From Patescibacteria group bacterium (lineage in GTDB: Bacteria > Patescibacteriota > Minisyncoccia > Minisyncoccales > JAQTPW01): a stretch of 64,000 bases of DNA. The stretch is from positions 24 through 64,023 of the forward strand of contig JAZDIT010000044.1 in NCBI GenBank assembly GCA_043804755.1. The letters are read 5' to 3'. This document shows positions 29,246 through 38,837 of the stretch, one piece after another. The first letter of the stretch is position 1. Each line of letters starts with the position of its first letter. The notes under the pieces are model-generated. The model was given only the letters and a program-made list of their open reading frames with translations, ran no database searches and was not told the DNA's origin. A program made the position numbers and the translations under genes.

Positions 29246-30538
29246 TTATGGAAGCAACTTCGCTGAAGAGAGAATATCGCCTTCCGACAATGCGTAAAGC
29301 CTGTTATCGGCGGTGTTGAAAGATAATTCAGGCGCATTGAATTCTCCGAAATCGTAAATGTTTATTTTGTCCCGATTGTCAATTTCGCTGATTTTTATGC
29401 TGTTTCCGGTATTGAACGCAATATAATTGGAATTTATCCAGAAGATATCTCCGATTTTTTCAGAAAAGCGGTTCAGGAACAATTTGTCGCCGGTTTTCCC
29501 CAGCGGCGGCTCATTGCTGTCCTGCAGGAAAAGAATCCAAATTTCGTAATCAGAAAAGTAGACGATTTTTCTCGAATCAGGCGATAACTTCAGGCCTTTT
29601 ATTGGTTCAAAGAATTCTTCAAAAATTCCCGATTGTGAATTCAACTGATATAATACTTGATTCTCCTGGATGAAAATTTGCCCGGGGAAAATAACTAATT
29701 TATATTCGGTTTCCTGTTTCAAAGAAAATGGTGTTGAATTGATTTTTTCCTTTTGCATATATGTTAGATCGGATTTGTAGACATACCCCGAATTATCCAG
29801 ATAATAAATATTACTGTTAATTCTTTGGGAAACGATAATATCCGCGGGAATCGAGGTGGTTGCTTTTTCTGTGAGAACCGGCGGATTTTTGCCGATATCG
29901 AGAGTAAAATTTTTCATCTGTTCTTTCATGCCGATATCCAGATTGATTTCAAGGGGATTTTGAGTAAATTGGACATTCAACAAATCTGCCCCCTTCTGAT
30001 AAATATCTTTTTCGCTAATCAGCTGGCTTTTGACGCCATTCGAAAGATTGTACAATTTTAACGTCCATATATCCGTTCCTCCTGCGGCTTGATTTTCCCG
30101 AATAACCATATTCTTTCCGTCAGGCGATAACCAAAAATCTTCTGCATTTTCGGTCAGAATTGTATAATTCTGATTTTCTGGAAACAAAACTATTGATTTT
30201 ATCTCGGTCACGGTTTTTTCTTTTATTTCCAGATTCTTTTCCCACGATTTGTATCCTTCCTTTTTTACAGTAATTTTATAATTTTTGGGCAATAAATTTT
30301 CAATAAGAATTGAACCGAAGAAAAAATCGGTCCTTTTCGACAACTTATCGTCAACATAGATTTCGGCTTGTTTTGGGTCAGTTTTTACGAAAATTCCGCC
30401 CGTTTGAGTTATTTTTTTGGCGGTAAAATCGAATCTATATCCCTGAGAATACAAAACCGCGACGGGAGCCGCTATTAAAAATAAAAGAAAGCAAGCGAAA
30501 AAGAGTATAGTTCGGGTTCTTTTAGTCATTTTAAACAT
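29246..30538 (-). CDS. Membrane-anchored PEGA-domain / TolB-like beta-propeller protein
   Basis: N-terminal TM helix; PEGA-like block (PKNYKITVKKEGYKSW); repeated SPDG/SPDS propeller-like motifs; start set at MFKM because the track's upstream extension covers a promoter. Confidence 0.55.
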   Translation of the reverse strand: MFKMTKRTRTILFFACFLLFLIAAPVAVLYSQGYRFDFTAKKITQTGGIFVKTDPKQAEIYVDDKLSKRTDFFFGSILIENLLPKNYKITVKKEGYKSWEKNLEIKEKTVTEIKSIVLFPENQNYTILTENAEDFWLSPDGKNMVIRENQAAGGTDIWTLKLYNLSNGVKSQLISEKDIYQKGADLLNVQFTQNPLEINLDIGMKEQMKNFTLDIGKNPPVLTEKATTSIPADIIVSQRINSNIYYLDNSGYVYKSDLTYMQKEKINSTPFSLKQETEYKLVIFPGQIFIQENQVLYQLNSQSGIFEEFFEPIKGLKLSPDSRKIVYFSDYEIWILFLQDSNEPPLGKTGDKLFLNRFSEKIGDIFWINSNYIAFNTGNSIKISEIDNRDKINIYDFGEFNAPELSFNTADNRLYALSEGDILSSAKLLP

Positions 30539-30542
30539 TCCT

Positions 30543-30571
30543 ATTCTACAACAAAAATGCGCTTTTTGCAA
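30543..30571 (-). promoter_or_regulatory. Candidate minus-strand promoter (TTGCAA-17-TAGAAT) for the PEGA protein gene
   Basis: Reverse-complement reading of 30543-30571. Confidence 0.4.
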
Positions 30572-30581
30572 TTGTGCTTAT

Positions 30582-30610
30582 TTGACAAAACTGTGATAAT
30601 TAGGTAGAAT
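30582..30610 (+). promoter_or_regulatory. Consensus-like sigma70 promoter TTGACA-17-TAGAAT for the GC-rich island genes
   Basis: 6/6 at -35, 17-nt spacer, 5/6 at -10; GGAGG ribosome-binding site 5 nt before the ATG at 30656. Confidence 0.55.
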
Positions 30611-30655
30611 ATTCCATAGTGGAAACAGCACCTGAACAACTGAAACGGAGGCGAA

Positions 30656-30892
30656 ATGGCTGCTAACATCGTCATCAGGACCCAGAGTAATACTGTCCAT
30701 GTGTTTGATAAAAATAACAATCCGGTTCCCTTATTTGAGGGGAAGTATGAGGAGGTAAAATATCGAATTTGCTTGCAGTTTCAAGGAAACGACACAATTT
30801 TTGTAAATCAAACGCGACCGGGTCAGAACGACTTGGTCAAGAAAAGGGAGTGGCAATATGAAAGCGGAAGAACTCAAAAAGGAATTCTATGA
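30656..30892 (+). CDS. Hypothetical protein (78 aa), GC-rich island
   Basis: ORF with promoter plus ribosome-binding site; about 50% GC against a 38% background. Confidence 0.5.
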   Translation: MAANIVIRTQSNTVHVFDKNNNPVPLFEGKYEEVKYRICLQFQGNDTIFVNQTRPGQNDLVKKREWQYESGRTQKGIL

Positions 30893-31580
30893 CGCCGGTA
30901 AGTTTACTGAAGGTCTGGCTGCGGTCATCAAGGCACTTCAGGATTCGACTGGGAACGATGATCCTGAATGGCCCAATTTGCTCGCCCTAAAAGCGTGGTT
31001 CCATTACCGCCTCAAAGACTATGCTCTCGCCCAGGATTCGGCAAAGGAAGCAGGGCCGGTTTTATGGGCCCGAGAGTGTTTGGCCTACATTGCCGCTTAC
31101 GTGGATAAAGATGATGCGGCATTGCGGCAATTTCTGGATGAGCTCGGCGATAACATCAACGTCACCAATGCCATGATCATTCGTGCCAGAGATAATGACA
31201 GCACTATTGCTCACGGCGAAGTCCTCATGAGAACACTTCTCATCCGCGGCGAAGGGGTAGAGACTGCTAATCTCTATCATAACGCCGGTCGTTACTTCCT
31301 GGCAAAGCCGAGGGACGACAGCGACTACGTTCTGGCTCTGGGATTTTTCACGGTCGCTGCGGCTCTATATGGCACTACTGGAAATTGGCATCACCGGGGC
31401 GCTCTCGCCTTCTGGCGATCTAGTGCCCTAGAACATTTTATGGACAAAAAATCTGCCATAAGCGCCGTCGAAGATTCTCTCCGCTGCTGGACCGAGGCGA
31501 TAGCTCTTGATCCGACAAACAAGCAGCATCTGGAAAAATGGCAAGGCGCCATTAACCGGTTAAGCGAACTCCGGAAATAA
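30858..31580 (+). CDS. Hypothetical alpha-helical protein (240 aa), GC-rich island
   Basis: AAAAGGGAG ribosome-binding site before the ATG; GC-rich codons; no recognisable family. Confidence 0.55.
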   Translation: MKAEELKKEFYDAGKFTEGLAAVIKALQDSTGNDDPEWPNLLALKAWFHYRLKDYALAQDSAKEAGPVLWARECLAYIAAYVDKDDAALRQFLDELGDNINVTNAMIIRARDNDSTIAHGEVLMRTLLIRGEGVETANLYHNAGRYFLAKPRDDSDYVLALGFFTVAAALYGTTGNWHHRGALAFWRSSALEHFMDKKSAISAVEDSLRCWTEAIALDPTNKQHLEKWQGAINRLSELRK

Positions 31581-31585
31581 TCAAT

Positions 31586-31627
31586 GCGCCCGGTCGACGT
31601 TGTCGACCAGGCGCTATTTTATTTCGT
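31586..31627 (+). terminator. Rho-independent terminator (13-bp GC-rich stem GCGCCCGGTCGAC/GTCGACCAGGCGC + TATTTTATTTCGTTTTT)
   Basis: Long hairpin plus T-rich tail. Confidence 0.75.
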
Positions 31628-31649
31628 TTTTAAATAGTAGAATATTAAA

Positions 31650-32834
31650 ATGACCATTTTCCCTAAAATAGAACAAATAACCAGAGATGCGACACTATCG
31701 CATTTCTTTTTGATGTTCGGATACAAGCTGTTTTCCATTTACTTTCCCTTGTTTTTGGTTTCAAAGAATTTTTCATTACACCAAATAGGGTATACAAATT
31801 TTCTCATATATCTTCCGATGGCGCTTTTTGCTCCAATTGCCGGATATCTCAGTCACAGAATAAATCTGGCGGTTCTTTCAGCCTTGGGCATCGCAGGATA
31901 CGGAATCTATGCTTTGGGGATGATTATTTTCCCCACTAATTTTACTTTTTATTTATTCCAGATAGTTTTGGGTATTTCAGCCGCTCTGTTTTTTGTCTCT
32001 TCCCGGGCGATGCTGATGGGTTCTAAATTGGAGAGCTACGACAGGGCTTTTGCATGGTTTTATTCGGCCAATTCCTATGCTGCCGCCATTTCCCCGGCAA
32101 TAGGGGCTTTAATCATCTGGAGATTCGGTTTTATCGGTGTTTTCGTTTTGAGTTTGGTTTTGCAGTTTTTCAACGCCATTTTCTTCTTTAGGCGATTTAA
32201 GAAACAAGTTACTCACCTGCCCGATAATATTAAGATTGGGGAATCTGTGAAAAATTATTTTTCATCCCTTGGAAAGATTAAGAATAAAAACAACTCTCCT
32301 TTCATTTTGATTTCTTTTTTAGTTTTGATTTTAGCCGGGTTTAACAATACCTTTTTTGTCTTGTATTTAAAAAATCTTGGTATGTCGCAGAGTCAAATTT
32401 TAATATTCAATTCTCTCTTAAACCTGGTGTTCTTGCCAACCTCTCTGTGGGTGATAAAATGGGTTTCCAAATTCAGGAGCGAGATCAATGTTTCTTGGGG
32501 AAGTCAGGTTGCCGGATTTTTTTCTTTTTTGCTTGGTGGATTCTACAGCATCATGAATTTTTATACCGTATTTGTTGTGACACTCGGAAACTACATTGGA
32601 AGCTTGATCGCCGACTCCGGTCGAAGCGGTCTTTTGTCCAGAAAGTTAAAAGATCACACCGAAGAATCGGCGGCTATCGATACTATTTTTTCTCCATTGG
32701 CCACGTCGATCGGGGCCGTAATCGGAGGATTGATCATCGGTCCCCTGGGGTATCCTTTGATATTCGTCGGTTTCGGGGCGTTGCTTTTCGGTTCGGGATT
32801 TTTTACGAGAATATTTACAAAGAGCGGAAATTAA
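31650..32834 (+). CDS. MFS transporter
   Basis: 12 predicted TM helices, MFS-like loop motifs. Confidence 0.75.
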   Translation: MTIFPKIEQITRDATLSHFFLMFGYKLFSIYFPLFLVSKNFSLHQIGYTNFLIYLPMALFAPIAGYLSHRINLAVLSALGIAGYGIYALGMIIFPTNFTFYLFQIVLGISAALFFVSSRAMLMGSKLESYDRAFAWFYSANSYAAAISPAIGALIIWRFGFIGVFVLSLVLQFFNAIFFFRRFKKQVTHLPDNIKIGESVKNYFSSLGKIKNKNNSPFILISFLVLILAGFNNTFFVLYLKNLGMSQSQILIFNSLLNLVFLPTSLWVIKWVSKFRSEINVSWGSQVAGFFSFLLGGFYSIMNFYTVFVVTLGNYIGSLIADSGRSGLLSRKLKDHTEESAAIDTIFSPLATSIGAVIGGLIIGPLGYPLIFVGFGALLFGSGFFTRIFTKSGN

Positions 32835-32925
32835 CTACACTCTGTTTCGGAAAGCACCCGTTGCCAGCCGATCGGGCGCTATTTTATTTCTTTTAAATTC
32901 TGCTAAAATATTGATGTTTCGGGGT

Positions 32926-32954
32926 TTGTCAAAAACAAAAAAATCGGATAATAT
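32926..32954 (+). promoter_or_regulatory. Candidate promoter TTGTCA-17-TAATAT upstream of mreB
   Basis: Spacing and hexamer matches. Confidence 0.3.
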
Positions 32955-32979
32955 TAAAAAAGCAAAGCGATAAAATTAC

Positions 32980-33993
32980 ATGTCTATATTCGTAAGAAAA
33001 ATCGGAATCGATTTGGGGACCTGCAACTCGGTCGTATTTATACCGGGCAAAGGGCCCGTTTTACAGGAGCCGTCAGTAGTGGCGGTGACTTTGGATGACA
33101 ACAAAATTCTGGCGGTAGGGGAGGCGGCAAAAGAAATGACAGGAAGGACTCCCGACACAATAAAAGTGTATCGTCCTTTGCGGGACGGCGTCATAGCCGA
33201 TTACAGGGTTACCCAGGCAATGCTTAAACATTTCATCGATAAAGTTTCGGGTACCCTGAAATTTTTAAAACCTGAATTGTTGATAGGAGTTCCCGCAGGC
33301 ATTACTTCCACGGAAAGGAGGGCGGTTATCGAAGCCGGAGTCTCGGCAGGAGCCAAAGCGGTTTATATAGCGAAAGAACCAATACTGTCTGCTATCGGAG
33401 CGGGGGTTCCCATTAATTCCTGTTCGGGACACATGATTGTAGATATTGGCGGAGGAACGTCGGAAGTGGCTGTAATTTCTTTGGGAGGAATAGTAACCTG
33501 CCATTCTCTGAGAGTAGCTGGAGACAAACTTGATGCCGCAGTTTCCGATTACATAAAGAAAAAATATAATCTCGCAATCGGGGAGCAGACTGCCGAAGAA
33601 ATCAAAATAAGAGTGGGTACCGCTTTGCCCGAAAAAGAGGAAAAATTCATCGAAATAAGAGGAAGAGATCTGGTTTTGGGTCTTCCCAAAAATATCAGAG
33701 TTTCTTCAAGCGAAGTTTGTGAAGCAATGAGCGACACTCTCGCCGAAATAATCCAGGTCATAAAATTGGTATTGAGGGACACTCCGCCGGAATTGTCGGC
33801 GGACATTATGGATAAAGGCATGGTTTTAGCCGGCGGCGGGGCTTTACTGCGGAATATCGACAAATTGATTTCCCAGAATACCGGAGTTCCGTGCATCCTG
33901 GCTGAAGATCCTCTGTTGTGCGTTGCAAAGGGAACGGGCTTGATGCTTGAAAGCTTGGACGTTTATAAAAAGAGCTTAATGAGCAAAAAATGA
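32980..33993 (+). CDS. mreB: Rod shape-determining protein MreB (paralog 1)
   Basis: GIDLGTCNSVVF ... actin-fold MreB family. Confidence 0.9.
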   Translation: MSIFVRKIGIDLGTCNSVVFIPGKGPVLQEPSVVAVTLDDNKILAVGEAAKEMTGRTPDTIKVYRPLRDGVIADYRVTQAMLKHFIDKVSGTLKFLKPELLIGVPAGITSTERRAVIEAGVSAGAKAVYIAKEPILSAIGAGVPINSCSGHMIVDIGGGTSEVAVISLGGIVTCHSLRVAGDKLDAAVSDYIKKKYNLAIGEQTAEEIKIRVGTALPEKEEKFIEIRGRDLVLGLPKNIRVSSSEVCEAMSDTLAEIIQVIKLVLRDTPPELSADIMDKGMVLAGGGALLRNIDKLISQNTGVPCILAEDPLLCVAKGTGLMLESLDVYKKSLMSKK

Positions 33994-34871
33994 AAATAAT
34001 CGGCCATCAAAATAACTGGCGGTTTCTGAAAAATTTGGCGGAAATCGGTAATTTTTCGCATGCATTTCTTTTTTGCGGCCGCGAGCATCTGGGCAAGAAA
34101 ACGATAGCGGTTGAATTCTTAAAACTGGTTTTCGGAAAAGATATTTCAATGCATTCCGATTTCAACCTTGTGGAGCCCCTGGAAAATGAAATTCAGATTT
34201 CCCAGATAAGGGATTTGAACTGGAAGCTTTCTTTAAAACCTTTTTCTGCGCCATTCAAGGCCGCGATAATAGATAAAGCGCATTTGATGAATCAGGAGGC
34301 ACAGAATTGTTTCCTGAAAACGCTGGAAGAGCCGAAGGGCAAAACGGTACTTATTTTAATCAGCGAATATCCCGAGTTACTATTACCGACGATACGTTCG
34401 AGGGTCCAAAAAGTGAAATTTTATCCGGTTGGGAAAAAAGAAATAGAAAATTATTTAACGGAAGAAAAGAGATCTCTGGAAGAGATAAAATTGCTTTCCG
34501 AAATTTCCATGGGCAGACCGGGGATAGCGATTGATTTCATTTCCGATCCGCAAAAACTGACCGGTTTCAAGAAAAGGGTCAGGGAGCTTACCGCCGTTTT
34601 AAATTCCGATTTGGCCTCGCGTTTCCAATACGCAAAAGATTTATCGGAGGCAGGCGATCTGAAAGAAATCCTGAATATCTGGCTTGATTACTTCAGAAAT
34701 ATCCTTCTTTCAAACTTGAAATTGCAGAAAAACTGGATGACTCTGAAAAAGGATTATACGCTTGAAAAGCTGAAAATCATTTTAAAAAACATACAAACCA
34801 CGATATTCCTGATTTCAACGACAAATATAAATCAGAAACTGGCTTTGGAATTATTACTAATGGAAATATAA
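33990..34871 (+). CDS. holB: DNA polymerase III delta-prime subunit
   Basis: Degenerate Walker A, CFLKTLEEP and PTIRSR clamp-loader motifs. Confidence 0.75.
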   Translation: MKIIGHQNNWRFLKNLAEIGNFSHAFLFCGREHLGKKTIAVEFLKLVFGKDISMHSDFNLVEPLENEIQISQIRDLNWKLSLKPFSAPFKAAIIDKAHLMNQEAQNCFLKTLEEPKGKTVLILISEYPELLLPTIRSRVQKVKFYPVGKKEIENYLTEEKRSLEEIKLLSEISMGRPGIAIDFISDPQKLTGFKKRVRELTAVLNSDLASRFQYAKDLSEAGDLKEILNIWLDYFRNILLSNLKLQKNWMTLKKDYTLEKLKIILKNIQTTIFLISTTNINQKLALELLLMEI

Positions 34872-34874
34872 CAT

Positions 34875-35435
34875 ATGGCAATTTACCAAGATATCATCGA
34901 CAGGATAAAGCCCGAATGCGACAAAACCGTTTCGTTCTTCAACAGAGAAATGGAAAAAATAAGGACCGGCAGGGCAACACCGGCTTTGGTCGAAGACGTG
35001 GTTGTTGATTGTTTCAACCAGAAGCTTCCTCTAAAGCAATTAGGAGCCATTTCGATTCCTGAAGCCAGACAGATTCTCATACAGCCGTGGGATGCGTCCT
35101 ATATTCCCGGAATAGTCGCGGCTCTCGAAAGGACCGGAGTCGGTGCAAATCCGATAGTCGATAAAAATTCAATCCGGATAAGCCTTCCTTTGATTACGGC
35201 GGATTACCGCAAGGATTTGATGCGCTTGATTTCCGAAAAGCAGGAAGAAGCCCGCAAAACGATCAGAAAATGGCGCGAGGAAGCGTGGAACGAAATACAG
35301 GTGGGTTTTCGCGAAAGTACTGTCAGGGAAGACGACAAGTTCAGGGCAAAAGACGATTTGCAAAAATTGGTCGATGAATATAGCAAAAAAATAGAAGAGA
35401 TAGGGGAAAGGAAGAAAAAAGAAACCGAACTTTAA
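34875..35435 (+). CDS. frr: Ribosome recycling factor
   Basis: RRF family. Confidence 0.92.
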   Translation: MAIYQDIIDRIKPECDKTVSFFNREMEKIRTGRATPALVEDVVVDCFNQKLPLKQLGAISIPEARQILIQPWDASYIPGIVAALERTGVGANPIVDKNSIRISLPLITADYRKDLMRLISEKQEEARKTIRKWREEAWNEIQVGFRESTVREDDKFRAKDDLQKLVDEYSKKIEEIGERKKKETEL

Positions 35436-35436
35436 A

Positions 35437-36519
35437 ATGTTTTTGACAATTACCATCGCTTTTTTTAGTTTAATAGGGCTTGTTGTTCTCCATGAATTCG
35501 GGCATTTTATCGTTGCCAAGCGCTTTGGCGTGAGAGTCGAGGAATTCGGCATCGGCTATCCTCCGAAATTATTCGGAAAGAAAATCGGCGAAACCGTTTA
35601 TTCCCTGAACCTTCTGCCTTTCGGCGCCTTCGTGAAAATGCCGGGCGAAATCGAACAATCCGACGACCCGAGGAGTTTTTTCAATAAACCGGTATGGCAA
35701 AGAGCGCTGATTGTCGTTGCCGGAGTGGTATCATTCTGGATAATTGCAGCCGTTTTATTCAGCATAGTTTTAATGATGGGGGCGCCTACGGCCATTTCCG
35801 ATGAGGAAACGGCTGGCATTGTGAATCCAAAGGTTCAGATTACCGCAGTTGCGAAAGATTCTCCCGCTTTTGTGGCCGGTTTGCAGGCTGGAGATAACAT
35901 AATAGGAATAAAAGTTCCCGGTGCGGATTTCACGGATATCAACAAGGTGAAAGATTTTCAGGATTTTGTAAATTTGTCCAAAGGGCAAAGCATCGATTTA
36001 AAAATAGAAAGGGGTAATGAAAATTTCGAGGTCAATCTGGTTTCGCGCTTAAATCCTCCCAACGGAGAAGGCCCCTTGGGGGTAGCTTTGGTCAGAGTTG
36101 CGATTATGAGCCATCCCTGGTGGCAAGCTCCCTGGCAGGGGATTCTAGCCACTTTTGACACGACAAAGGGAGTCATTTTGGGTTATGCCAGAGCTTTAAC
36201 GAATCTTTTTAACGGATTGCCTACGGGAGTAGAACTTACGGGGCCTGTCGGAATAGTATCTTTATTCAGCCAGGTCGGAAAATTGGGAGTGAATTATTTT
36301 CTGCAGTTTGTCGCAATCATCGCCGTTTATGTCGCGATATTCAACATTTTACCCATTCCTTCGGTTGATGGCGGGAAACTTTTATTTCTTGCCATAGAAG
36401 CAGTACGGAGAAAGCCCGTCAATCCGAAAATCGAGCAGGGCATTACCACCGTTTTTTTCACCCTTCTGCTTTTAGTGATGGTTTGGGTAACTATAAAAGA
36501 CGTAATAAGATTGTTTTGA
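35437..36519 (+). CDS. rseP: RIP metalloprotease RseP (site-2 protease, M50, with PDZ domain)
   Basis: LHEFGHF HExxH motif within a TM helix; PDZ region. Confidence 0.85.
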   Translation: MFLTITIAFFSLIGLVVLHEFGHFIVAKRFGVRVEEFGIGYPPKLFGKKIGETVYSLNLLPFGAFVKMPGEIEQSDDPRSFFNKPVWQRALIVVAGVVSFWIIAAVLFSIVLMMGAPTAISDEETAGIVNPKVQITAVAKDSPAFVAGLQAGDNIIGIKVPGADFTDINKVKDFQDFVNLSKGQSIDLKIERGNENFEVNLVSRLNPPNGEGPLGVALVRVAIMSHPWWQAPWQGILATFDTTKGVILGYARALTNLFNGLPTGVELTGPVGIVSLFSQVGKLGVNYFLQFVAIIAVYVAIFNILPIPSVDGGKLLFLAIEAVRRKPVNPKIEQGITTVFFTLLLLVMVWVTIKDVIRLF

Positions 36520-36550
36520 TATAAACAAAATCAAGATTTTATTTTAAAAA

Positions 36551-37795
36551 ATGCGCCAATCAAAACTTTTTACAAAGATTTCAAAAGAATTTCCAAAAGA
36601 TGAAAGCAGCATCAACGCCCGTTTTCTGATAAGAGCCGGTTTTATCGACAAATTAATGTCGGGCGTATTTTCATTTCTTCCGTTGGGTTTGGCTGTCATG
36701 GGAAAAATTGAAAACATCATCCGCGAAGAAATGAACAAAATCGGAGGCCAGGAAATTTTATTGCCGGCTCTGCATCCCAAAGAAAACTGGCAGCTTACCG
36801 ACAGATGGAAATATCCCGAGATGTTTAAACTCAAGAATCGGGCGGAAAAAGATTTCAGTCTGGGGTGGACTCATGAGGAAATCGTCACGCCTTTGATCAA
36901 AAAATTCGTAAAATCCTACAAAGATCTTCCGGTTTACGTTTACCAGTTTCAGGATAAATTTCGCGACGAATTGCGGGCAAAATCCGGTCTTTTGAGAGGG
37001 ATGGAATTCACAATGAAAGATCTCTATTCTTTTCATGCGAGTGAGAGCGATTTAGACGAATATTATGAAAAGGTAAAAGGAGCTTATTTCAGGATTTTCG
37101 AGCGCTGCGGTCTTGGGAAAGTGACTTTTCTGACTTTGGCCTCGGGGGGCGCTTTCAGCAAATATTCCCACGAATTTCAGACGATAACCCCCTATGGGGA
37201 AGACGAGATACATCTCTGCCCTAAATGCAAAATTGCCGTCAATAAGGAAATTATCGAAGACGAAAAACATATGTGTCCCGGATGCAAACGCAAGAATATG
37301 GAAGCCAAGAAATCAATTGAAGTCGGCAATATTTTCAAACTCGGAAATAAATTTTCAGAACCCTTCGGGCTGAAATTCAAGGAAAAAGACGGCAGTGAAA
37401 AGTTATTGTCGATGGGATGCTACGGAATAGGTTTGGGGCGATTAATGGGAGCCGTCGTCGAAGTTCACCACGACGAAAAGGGAATTATCTGGCCAAGAAC
37501 CGTATCTCCTTTCCTGGCGCATCTGATTGAAATAAAGGGACAAAATTCGAAAGTTAAAAAAGAAGCCGAAAAACTTTATCAGGTTTTACAGAAAAAAGAA
37601 GTAGAAGTATTATATGACGATAGGGACGACAAAACTGCCGGAGAAAAGTTCGCAGAGTGCGATCTCATCGGGATTCCCGTTAGAATAGTCGTTTCCGAGA
37701 GAACTTTGGAAAGGGGCTGCGCCGAAATCAAAGGAAGGCAGGAAGAAAAAACAAAATTAATAAAATTAAGCCAAGTCACAAAAAATGTTGGATAA
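36551..37795 (+). CDS. proS: Prolyl-tRNA synthetase, short bacterial-type without editing insertion; Cys4 insert
   Basis: Class II motifs; CPKC...CPGC insertion. Confidence 0.85.
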   Translation: MRQSKLFTKISKEFPKDESSINARFLIRAGFIDKLMSGVFSFLPLGLAVMGKIENIIREEMNKIGGQEILLPALHPKENWQLTDRWKYPEMFKLKNRAEKDFSLGWTHEEIVTPLIKKFVKSYKDLPVYVYQFQDKFRDELRAKSGLLRGMEFTMKDLYSFHASESDLDEYYEKVKGAYFRIFERCGLGKVTFLTLASGGAFSKYSHEFQTITPYGEDEIHLCPKCKIAVNKEIIEDEKHMCPGCKRKNMEAKKSIEVGNIFKLGNKFSEPFGLKFKEKDGSEKLLSMGCYGIGLGRLMGAVVEVHHDEKGIIWPRTVSPFLAHLIEIKGQNSKVKKEAEKLYQVLQKKEVEVLYDDRDDKTAGEKFAECDLIGIPVRIVVSERTLERGCAEIKGRQEEKTKLIKLSQVTKNVG

Positions 37796-38837
37796 AATTT
37801 GGAAAATATTTTCGGAAGACATCGCAATTGATTTGGGAACGGCAAATTCCGAGGTTTATGTAAGGGGGCGGGGAATAATCATCCAGGAACCGAGCGTCGT
37901 TGCCATCAACCAAAAAACCGGGCAGATTCTTGCAATAGGCGAGGAGGCGAAAAAAATGGTTGGCAGAACGCCGGCTCATATCGTGGCTACAAGACCTCTG
38001 AGATCGGGCGTGATTTCCGATTTTGAAGTGACCGAGCAGATGCTCAGATATTTTATTGAAAAAGCCCAACGGAAAAAATTCGCTTTGTCGGCCAGGCCAA
38101 GAGTTATAATAGGTATTCCTTCCGGGGTGACGGAGGTGGAGAAAAAAGCCGTGATAGATGCCGCAAAATCGGCCGGAGCGAGGGAAGTTTTTTTGATTGA
38201 AGAACCAATGGCTGCTGCGATAGGCGCACGGCTTCCGGTACAGGAAGCGGGCGGGAATTTCATAGTCGATATCGGCGGAGGAACCGCGGAAATCGCAATA
38301 ATCTCCCTTGGCGGAATAGTTTTATCCAAAAGTTTGAGGATAGCGGGCGACAAACTGAATGAAGACATAATCCAGTTTGCTCAGGAAGAATATAAGCTCC
38401 TTATCGGGGAAAGAACCGCCGAAGCGATTAAAATCGGAATAGGATCGGCTTATCCGCTGAAGGAAAAAAGGGAGCTTCCCATGCGCGGAAGGAACTTGGT
38501 AACGGGCCTTCCTGAAGAAATACTCGTTTCGGATGAAGATATAAGGAGAGCCATGGAAAAATCCGTAAAGAGAATTGTCACTGAAATCAAAACCGCAGTG
38601 GAAGAGAGTCCGCCGGAATTGCTGGCTGACATCATGGCGTCGGGAATTTATTTTTCGGGCGGGGGATCTTTGTTGCGCGGATTGGATATTCTTGTGGCTA
38701 AAGAAACGAAAATTCCCACGCGCCTTATTGAAGACCCGATGACTGCGGTTGTGAGGGGAGCGGGAATGGTTCTGGAAAATCTTGATGAACTCGAAGACGT
38801 GCTCGTGGAAACTGCGGAACTCGAACCGCCAAAATAA
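37785..38837 (+). CDS. mreB: Rod shape-determining protein MreB (paralog 2)
   Basis: AIDLGTANSEVYV...; full MreB fold. Confidence 0.9.
   Translation: MLDKIWKIFSEDIAIDLGTANSEVYVRGRGIIIQEPSVVAINQKTGQILAIGEEAKKMVGRTPAHIVATRPLRSGVISDFEVTEQMLRYFIEKAQRKKFALSARPRVIIGIPSGVTEVEKKAVIDAAKSAGAREVFLIEEPMAAAIGARLPVQEAGGNFIVDIGGGTAEIAIISLGGIVLSKSLRIAGDKLNEDIIQFAQEEYKLLIGERTAEAIKIGIGSAYPLKEKRELPMRGRNLVTGLPEEILVSDEDIRRAMEKSVKRIVTEIKTAVEESPPELLADIMASGIYFSGGGSLLRGLDILVAKETKIPTRLIEDPMTAVVRGAGMVLENLDELEDVLVETAELEPPK

Noticed and set aside
32447-32896. 149-aa alternative-frame ORF overlapping the end of the MFS transporter
   Set aside because: Arg-rich translation of a frame shifted from a TM-helix coding region; no start signals.
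32860-32900. Shared GCGCTATTTTATTTC tail after both the island terminator (31611) and the MFS gene, considered as direct repeats flanking a mobile insertion
   Set aside because: Only ~16-20 nt are shared and both sit in terminator contexts. This is more likely a common terminator tail than target-site duplication.
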